Shown here: one piece after another, positions 54,341-64,000 of the stretch
Position numbering within the stretch: the stretch's first letter is position 1
Layout of the letters: each line of letters starts with the position of its first letter
Assembly (NCBI RefSeq): GCF_006345805.1
Contig: NC_043012.1
Coordinates: 18,352,001-18,416,000 of the forward strand
Direction of reading: 5' to 3'
Source: Octopus sinensis
Taxonomy: Eukaryota
DNA: 64,000 nucleotides
The notes under the pieces: model-generated
What the model was told of the DNA's origin: nothing
Database searches by the model: none
The model's input: the letters and a program-made list of their open reading frames with translations, nothing else
Program-made: the position numbers and the translations under genes

Positions 54341-55551
54341 AAATCCTGTTCTCTTTGTAAGAAAGAAGAGTCTGAAGCGTTTGAACACTGAATCATAGCT
54401 CTAGCTTGATAAAGAGAACAGCAAATTATAAGTCTCCGTGAGCACCGTGTTTTTTTTTACAGACATCTCTTTACATCTGACAAAATACCTTTAAAGACAG
54501 AAAACTAAACACCGAAACTTTGCCAAATTAATCATTGAAGTAAGGATTGAAAACTACCAAAACTAAATCACCCATTGTCATTGCAAGACACTCAGTATTT
54601 TCTATGCATTTAAACATGATGAACGCGATACAACTGGGTTGCCGTTACAACCTAAAGATGTGATACTTTAGCAACATATGGAATATAATGCTAACAACTT
54701 CGTTATTACGTACAGGACTTTGAGGTCTGGAGAGAAATCAAGTTCTAATTTCTAAATGATTGGAAAGACTAAGACAACTAGTAGTATACGCATAGTTTCC
54801 TACAGATTCTAATTGGATACATGACTGTTGGAAAATAACTTCCGTTCCAAGATATTTAAAGATAATGTTCGTCTGAAACAGAGACTCAAACAAAAAACTG
54901 ATACCAAATAACAATGTATAACAATAGAGACTATATTACAAAACTAAAGTCTGAAACATTCTGCCTCGACTACTTAAATTAGCAGAATAAATAAATATTT
55001 GTATACAAAGTTATATATATATATATACACACACACACTCACACACACAGACACAGACACACACACACAAACACACACACATATACATGTATATATATAT
55101 AATTTGCATACACACATATATCTTTAGTACGGTTGTTGAGCAAAGTAAATATAGGAAAAGAGATGTACTTTGTCATGACGCAAAAATCGATTGCGAACTG
55201 AATGAATAAAACACAACTAAACAGTACACTATCAATAGTTTAAAAAGTGTTGTAATATTACTAATAGAAATACTAATATGATACGAAAATATCGGAGGAA
55301 GAAGTAACAACAGACAATTGATTCACAGTGAGATATAATAGCAGCGATGTTTAAATGTATAACTCTCTCGCTAGAGAGATACAGGGAATGAGGGAGAGAT
55401 GGATAGATTATCACTTACATGCAAATCCTATACACTCTTTCTTTCGTCCTTCCTTCCTTCCTTCCTTTCTTTCTTTCTCGATTTCGCTCTCATCGCTGTC
55501 GAGAGATTTCTACGTTTAATCGCAGTTAATATTTCATATCTGTCATATACT

Positions 55552-55560
55552 GTATATATA

Positions 55561-55592
<32 letters not shown>

Positions 55593-55604
55593 TGTTCATT
55601 TTTA

Positions 55605-55649
<45 letters not shown>

Positions 55650-55661
55650 TTATACACACAT

Positions 55662-55711
<50 letters not shown>

Positions 55712-55748
55712 CATTTTTATATTTATATATATATATATACTTATACAC

Positions 55749-55840
<92 letters not shown>
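55552..55840. repeat. (TA)n tract containing a duplicated ~115-bp unit
   Basis: ATTGTTCATTTTTATATT..CTTATACACACA occurs at 55591 and again at 55706. Confidence 0.9.
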
Positions 55841-55842
<2 letters not shown>

Positions 55843-56481
55843 ATTCTACACTAAATTTCCTGTAAGAGATATTGGAATTGCTTGCATAAGATGTATTGAT
55901 AGATAGAAAAATAAATCAAAAGAACGCTCTATATTTGTCTGTGATAGAATAGAAAAAAAATGTCATTAAACGCCATCAGTCTTTTATAAAACCTTTAGAA
56001 GTTATTCATGGATATAAAGTTAGATACATAATGCAAATATATTAGTGAAACGTCAAAAAGTTATTCATGGAAAGAAATGAAATTATTTTTTTGCTATTAA
56101 AATGCCTTAGCAAGATATTGAAATAGGGTTTTAAAGAAATTGTGTTATTTTTTCTCATTAAACAAGTAAAATATAGAAATCTCATGATTTAAATAGAAAC
56201 TTAGGTAATTTAAATTGACAATAACGCAATTTTAAAAGTAAATCGCGATTACAGATGAGCGGAAAAAAAAATTTCAAATATGAAAATATGAAGAGAAATA
56301 TCTATAAATATAAGAATATAATATATGAGAGTTGATAGATGAGCGAGAAAACATGTGTGATTATGGGAGTAAATAAAGAATATATAGATATTTATAGCGT
56401 GAGAGGGAGACAGAGCTAATGATATAGATATAGATGGAGATATACGTATTAATACATACATCATATGCATATCTACCTACC

Positions 56482-56525
<44 letters not shown>

Positions 56526-57262
56526 TAATATATATGTATATGTAGATGTATATGTATGTATATATATATATAAACATATATACATACGCACATATATATA
56601 TACATGTGTATATGTATAATATATATATATATATCCATATATATACATATGTACATATATATACATATATATACGTATATATATATAATATATATATATA
56701 TATCCACACACAATTATATATATATATATATATGTATATATTTATATACACGCAGACAAACGCACCCACATTCAGGATCACACACAAATACATACATTTT
56801 TGTACTCTCACATACACACTGGAGCGCGTGCGCACACACATATAAATCTGCAAATATATATATTTAATATATAAGTACATATGAATATAAATAAATATAT
56901 ATTTAAAGTAATAACTAAGAATTTGGGTACAGAGATTGTTAAGAGGAAATATTATATTCAATAACGATGAAACTGTATATGCAAATGTTTATTAAAGGAT
57001 ATCACACACATATAAATTGTATAAATGATATACAGCTATAGACACACATTTACATACAGCCAGCCACAAAACTGTCATCCATGCTACCACGTAATTCTTA
57101 TTAAATACATAAATATTGAAACTAAATAGATTTCACAGGAAAAATATAACTTAAAGATATATTTTGTACATAAGCATATTATGAAAGAGTATTTTCTTTG
57201 AATGTGGTTTATGAACGAACGACAATTTTAATGAGTTTATGAATTCTCTGACATAGTATATA

Positions 57263-57298
<36 letters not shown>

Positions 57299-57643
57299 TA
57301 TATATTATGTGAAATAGAAAGATGAATAATCTTGTAGTAGATTAATCAACAGTTTAACCGATACCTTAGTGCCTTTCGAAACACGTGTAGAATGAAATAA
57401 AACGATTTCTGTTCAATCTGCGTTCAGCTCCATTTCTTCAATTCACCTATATATATATATATATTATATATATATATATATATATATTTATTTATTTATA
57501 TTTGTAATTTTGCCAAATAATGAAACTAATATTAATTTTATATGAATACACACATATGAACAAGCAAAGCTATCCAAAGTACTATATATATATATATAGT
57601 ATGATTGTATATATGTGTGCATATATAAACATGCATATATATA

Positions 57644-57694
<51 letters not shown>

Positions 57695-59022
57695 GCATAT
57701 ATATACATATATATATATATAAATATATACATGCGTAAAAATTGATATTTGTATATATATATAATATATATATATATAATATATATATATTATATATATA
57801 TATATATATATATGTATCTATTTATAAGTGTACTACTGCATGTTAAAGTATATGTACTACGTATAAGCATTCATACTAGATTATGAAGAAATAATTAAGA
57901 TAAATTAATCTATATTGATTTGTACATAAGTAATGGTAAAAATGAAATCCTTTTGTCTGTCGCTTATATGAAATCCAGTGATGCTTTGACGTCGTTATAA
58001 CCTTTTATTTTTTACAAATTAAATTATTGTAATACGTAGAAACCGCGCCATGCGGTTTCAATACCCGATTGATTTGCTTTACAACACCTGTAATAATTCT
58101 TCTTTTTTTCTATCTATGGCTAGATAAATTACGCACATATCTCGTCAGTAATAGCGTGCTAACTTTATATCAAAGCATATTACATGACTCAGTATTTTGT
58201 AAATATGTATGAGTTAGGACATCACATACATACAGAGATACTTAGATACATAAATACATATATGAATACATATATACATACGCAAATAAACACACTCACA
58301 TACGTACATATATACATTTTCTCAAGCACATATATATTAAATTTACAAGGCTGCATGCAACTTCGAAATTCGGACATGGTCACCTAACGAGTCTTACGTA
58401 CGTACAAGATCATTATTTGGCTTTGATCTGACTGTGAAGGGATAATCTATTTGAAAATGACGGAAAACAACCACAAGTCAATGTAGGGATTTACATTCAG
58501 CAAATGAACCATTTCAACTTTGAAATACAGCTGAAACAACCTGACATGAGTCCCGGAGTATTTATTGAGCACGACCACGTTTAAGACTACGTCGCTGATT
58601 TGAACAGAAAGCTATTCAATACTAATGTGGAGACGTTCTATCGACCCAAAGTATTCTGCTTGCAGAGGGACTTCAGATTACCGACTTTGGCTGTCGCTCT
58701 CCAATAGTCTCCGGGTCGTTTCGTCCAACAACATTATGACGATAGGGTAGCTCGAACGAATAATTAGAGACGGTACCCAGTAATGTCTACTGTCAAATCT
58801 CTAAAAAGCTAGTGGTAGTATTTGCTAAACTTTGTGAAAAATAAATACCATATATTATTGACTTATTCTTTAAAACTGTTCAAAAATTAAATTGAAACAT
58901 AATGGAGAGTCGAGCAAATCGCTCTGACACACCAATAGGAATATATTTCGGCCTTTTCCCTCATCTCTACCCTCTCTGTGTTTATTTGTCCGTCTTGTAT
59001 GTCTGTGCGTGTATATATATAC

Positions 59023-59110
<88 letters not shown>

Positions 59111-59518
59111 ACACGTGTGTGTGTATGTGGGTATTTGTATGAGTGTGCTTCTGGTGTCTGTGTGAGAGTGTGAGAATACAACCACTATTTTTATATTTGT
59201 GTGACAGCTGAACATACTACAATATATAAGTATGTGAGAATTTTTATTTGGAACATTGTTGCTCAGTACGAATTTATGATAGAAATATTATTTTTATAAC
59301 TATAATTTTCTTCCCAAAGTGGAAGGCGTGTATAATTTTATACAATTTTAATAAATGTGCAAAACTTCCTTTCATCATAAATCATGTGTTGCATCAAAGT
59401 GAGGATAGATATAGAGAAAGGGAAGAATTTCCATTGTATGCATAAAAAGAACATCTATGTATGATGTCATGTAGGAATTTTTATACAATTGTCTGGAGAC
59501 ACATTTACACCAAGTAAT

Positions 59519-59718
59519 CTATGTATGTATGTATGTATGTATGTATGTATGTATGTATGTATGTATGTATGTATGTATGTATGTATGTATGTATGTATGT
59601 ATGTATGTATGTATGTATGTATGTATGTATGTATGTATGTATGTATGTATGTATCTATCTATCTATCTATCTGTCTGTCTATCTGTCTATTTGTCTGCCT
59701 GTCTGTCTGTCTATGTAT
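59519..59718. repeat. Compound tetranucleotide microsatellite (TATG)n-(TATC)n-(TGTC)n
   Basis: Directly visible. Confidence 0.96.
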
Positions 59719-59913
59719 GTCGGAATAACTAGGAAAGTTTTAGACAGCTGAAAAGAACGAATCGCATGGTACCGCTGGCTGCAGGTAGTAAGCCCGCTTA
59801 GCATATAAGACTTCAGGAGCTCCAACAAAACTTGTGATAAAGAGAAAATAACAATAATAATACTCATAATAATAATAATAGTAATAATAATAATAATACA
59901 TATATAAATGTAA

Positions 59914-59997
<84 letters not shown>

Positions 59998-59998
59998 C

Positions 59999-60068
<70 letters not shown>

Positions 60069-60072
60069 ATAC

Positions 60073-60103
<31 letters not shown>

Positions 60104-61203
60104 AACGTATTGTTATATATAGATGTAGGGTAAGAATTATGCACAGATAGATTTACTCACTGTTGCGGTAATGCAAGCATAGACAATCACACAAACTCTC
60201 ATGTCCGTGTGAGTTTGTGTATTTATGTATGGATTCCACTTCGAATTTCTACAATTGTCTTTGTGCATATTTTTTTTTGTGTGTGTTTGTGTGTGTTTGC
60301 GTGGGGGAGGGAGTATATCTGTGTATATTCTTGTATATGCTCACACTGCATTAGTTTTCTACTTAATCTGAACAAGAATGTAAAACTATTTTATATTGCT
60401 TTGCAATCTCGTTATTTGCATTGTGATACATATCCTAACATTTTTGTAATCTTGTGATATTATGCCGCAGTACACCATTCAACTCATCATTATGTTATTT
60501 TACATTTTCTCTCTCTCTCTCTCTTCTATGTATTCTTTTGATTGCCAATACTAACTGAATAAAGTAGACTGAGATGGAATATTTTCCATCCATTTTCTTA
60601 TTTCCTGAGTAGGTAATATCATTCTAATATTATTTTGTCTCCAATAAACAACATTGAAGTTATATCCGTCTTCTTATTATTAATACGAGACAAGGTCAAT
60701 ATATTCAGACTTAAGCTCGAATGGTATCTATATCGCGAACTATAAATGATTTTCTTTTTGGAGAAATATTTATGTCTGCGAAATATTCCTGAAATTTAAT
60801 GGCATAATTTCAAAATATCCATTTCTTTTTAAAGAAATGAAAAATGATTTCGAGTCTCACTATAAATTATGTAATTAAATTTTTTTCGTTTATTAACTGG
60901 AATTATTTAATGAAGTGTTATTACTGAGATTACTGAGATTACTGGCTAAAAAAGGACATCTTACACTCACGCAACAACGCACATATACACATGTGTATAT
61001 GTGCAAAGAAACACATCTACATAAATATATAACATACATACATACATACATACATACATACATACATAAATACTTAATACATATAGAAAACTACGAATGA
61101 CCCGTCCTTGTTTTTTCCTGTCCTTTTTTGTATCGTCTAACTGCCCGGATGTTTGGTTGCCGCCTGTTAAGTTCTTGTTCCATTTTTTCTTTATTATTTA
61201 TAC

Positions 61204-61618
61204 ATAGGCGCAGGAGTGGCTGTGTGGTAAGTAGCTTGCTTACCAACCACATGGTTCCGGGTTCAGTCCCACTGCGTGGCACCTTGGCCAAGTGTCTTCT
61301 GGCTATAGCCCCGGACCGACCAATGCCTTGTGAGTGGATTTGGTAGACGGAAACTGAAAGAAGCTTGTCGTATATATGTATATATATATATTATGTGGGT
61401 GTATATGTTTGTGTGTCTGTGTCTTCGTCCCACTAGCATTGCTTGACAACCGATGCTGGCGTGTTTACCTCCCCGTCACTTAGCGGTTCGGCAAAAGAGA
61501 CCGATAGAATAAGTACTAGGCTTACAAAGAATAAGTCCCGGGGTCGATTTGCTCGACTAAAGGCGGTGCTCCAGCATGGCCGCAGTCAAATGACTGAAAC
61601 AAGTAAAAGAGAAAGAGT
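61204..61618 (+). mobile_element. SINE family 1, full-length young copy
   Basis: Best-preserved A/B boxes (TGGCTGTGTGG, GGTTCAGTCCC), CORE-like segment and tail hairpin CAGTC-AAAT-GACTG. Confidence 0.95.
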
Positions 61619-61768
61619 AGCTAGCTAAAAGAGAATATAGCGGCGAAGGTACACACTTATGGTCTCTTATATGTAAGTACATATATATCTATCTAAATTC
61701 TGTACGACTCTCTTATTCTTCCGTTCAGCCCCTTCGGTCTTACTTCATTCTTTCCATTCTTCTTTTTC

Positions 61769-61805
<37 letters not shown>

Positions 61806-62379
61806 TTTCTTGGCCTTTCTTTCATTCTCACCTTACCTCCTCTTTCACCTCACTCTGTCTCTTTTCTTTTTTTTTCTATTTCGTCCCTCCCTAATTCTTC
61901 TATCCCTCTGGCCCTACCTCTCCCCTCTCCTTTCATGTGACCGATGTTCCGCCAAGCCTGACGTTTCTTCCCTGGTTCGACTACCAAATGTGCAACATCT
62001 GTATTCCTTCTCGTGACTTTCATCCCTAATGTTCCTGCCGTAGAGCTTCACTTCCACAAACTCCTGCGAAAATTAATTCGTCCTTAGTCGAAAGATACCT
62101 GTTGTTCATGTCCTGTTTATGTTTATGCAACATCTCTCCGTTTTCCCGTCCTTGTTTTCGTATACATTCGCTTGTTTTTTTGTCACGGAATTTAGTGCTC
62201 TTAGATTAGATTGGAGCAGCCCCGAGTGTAACCGGGCGACACTGCTGAAAAAATCAGGAAATCAACTGAAGATAGAAAAGTCCGAATGACCTATCCTTGT
62301 TTTTCCCTGTCCTTTGAATTGTCTAACTGTCCGGATGTTTTGTTGTCGCACGTTACGTTCTCGTTCCATTTTTTGTTTT

Positions 62380-62415
<36 letters not shown>

Positions 62416-62417
<2 letters not shown>

Positions 62418-62700
62418 GGTAGAGTTCACGAAAAAAAAAACAAAAGACGAAACAGGTGGTGTAGAAAACAAACAGATGTATTAGTAGAACGCTCGGGAAT
62501 TGAAAAAGTCTTTTACGTTTCTAGCCTACTCTCTTCTACAGAAAAGGGCACAGAAAAAAGCAAGGAGAGAAACTAGGAGAGACGAAAAAGTGTGTGTAGT
62601 GGCTAACGATCTGTCATGGCCACTGCCGGACAGAAGGGTCAGACAGGAGAGCGAAGTAGTAGGGGAGATAACAAAGTAAAATGACTCCCACAACGAAGGT
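62416..62700 (-). mobile_element. Longer copy of the (TA)n-associated hammerhead-bearing element
   Basis: Aligns with 50622-50790. Minus-strand CTGTAGA A GAGA GTAG GCTA GAAAC GTA AAAG at 62510-62546. The right boundary is approximate. Confidence 0.72.
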
Positions 62701-62990
62701 GCGTGCATGTATAAGAGAGTACGTGTGTGCGTATGATATTGGGCTAGTTGTCTTGACCTATGCGTCTGTATATCTTAGAAGTTTTGGAGGTGATGTACAG
62801 GTATTATATATTACAAGAAATAAGGTACTTAGGAAAATCCGCTGATTCCACTAGAGTGGATGAAAGCGCTATATATATATATGATTTATAAAAATATGTG
62901 ACATATTAATAAAGTTCTGTATATAAATATAAATAATATAAATCTGTATATAAATCTAAAACCATCGAGATTTCTGAGTATCATATTTCG

Positions 62991-63046
<56 letters not shown>

Positions 63047-63174
63047 AATGTTTGTACCAACTTCAACACTGCTGTTCTTTCGAACAGACTTTACTGTGAT
63101 TTATATATACATATCACCCGTCAAAAACGACGCATGAAGGTTTAGCTTTTCCGAACGTACTGCAGGAATGATTT

Positions 63175-63370
63175 TTTATAGCGATCAAATGTATGTCTTG
63201 TACATTAGCTCACCTCCTAAATCAAATCGACGTTGCGTGGCCAGGTGTACTGTGTACCACTCGTCAGGAGTCGAAGTGATCGCAGAGAATTCAGTACATA
63301 AACCGGTCTAGGCAGTCAAACGTGACCTCGCGATAGTGAATGCAACACTCTGACCACTAAGTCATGAGTT
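63175..63370 (-). mobile_element. Degraded tRNA-headed SINE (third family, tentative)
   Basis: Minus strand begins CATGACTTAGTGGTCAGAGTGTTGCATTCACTATCGCGAGGTC, resembling a tRNA D-arm and anticodon arm, without an intact cloverleaf. Confidence 0.45.
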
Positions 63371-63373
63371 CTC

Positions 63374-63468
<95 letters not shown>

Positions 63469-64000
63469 CGCGCGCGTGAATCTATCTTCCTTACTTTCAT
63501 TTTCACTCTCTCACCCATTCTTTTGCAGAATATGTAACGTCATTTCAATGGAAATTATTAACAACATGGTCCCAAATATTTCCTTGTGAATGGAGGGCGA
63601 GTAAAAGCCTAGTGGGTATGAAAAATTAAAACTTGGAATCAGACTGATGAACATCAATGTCCTGAGCAGATTTGAAGAATGTTTTCTTATTCTATGTCGT
63701 ATTGCTATAATAGAAAAGGAATGCTGTCTTTCTGACCACGAGTCTCTTGTGAAATCATCCGACGTGGCATCATTGTCACTCCTTGTTAAACGGATACAAG
63801 CATTTACGAAAATTAAATATGAGAAACGTAACACATTGCTTGATATAGAATGTTAATATTGAAAGGTACGGAAATTATAGAATTGGTAACGTATCAGTTC
63901 TTTGCTAAATCGAATTTGTGCAAAGCGACTTGTTTTAAATTGAGGTACTTCAGATAAATAGGAAATCTTAGAGAAAAACATAAAATACTGCCACAGGGAT

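Noticed and set aside
58350-58800. Possible RTE-like LINE 3' remnant
   Set aside because: Only a vague QLR..GH-like resemblance; too decayed to support.
62255-62380. Hammerhead in the CTGANGA..CGAATG repeat family (also near 26310 and 61090)
   Set aside because: The interspersed repeat seems real, but GAAT replaces GAAA and stems II and III cannot be formed convincingly.

Overview
AT-rich, microsatellite-dense, non-genic eukaryotic DNA. I found no credible host gene, rRNA, true tRNA or CRISPR array, and almost all listed ORFs are translated microsatellites. The repeat content resembles an octopus or other coleoid cephalopod genome (inference from the SINE type, not database-checked). The window contains: a young 5'-truncated Tx1-like LINE embedded in (TATC)n; a ~760-bp non-coding element embedded in (AAT)n with its first 34 bp repeated 7 times; a 5'-truncated CR1-group LINE; about ten copies or fragments of a tRNA/CORE-type SINE; at least three Penelope-like element (PLE) remnants; three Tc1/mariner remnants with TIRs; and one internally deleted Helitron with both termini. 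The most notable signals are: (i) the SINE and the CR1-group LINE share a 42-nt 3' end with compensatory stem changes; (ii) many hammerhead-ribozyme motifs, including one with an intact canonical core (24252-24304, minus) and a repeated CUGUAGA core variant; (iii) different elements appear to occupy different microsatellite motifs. Coordinates were read by eye and may be off by a few bases. Some frameshifts may be sequencing indels.
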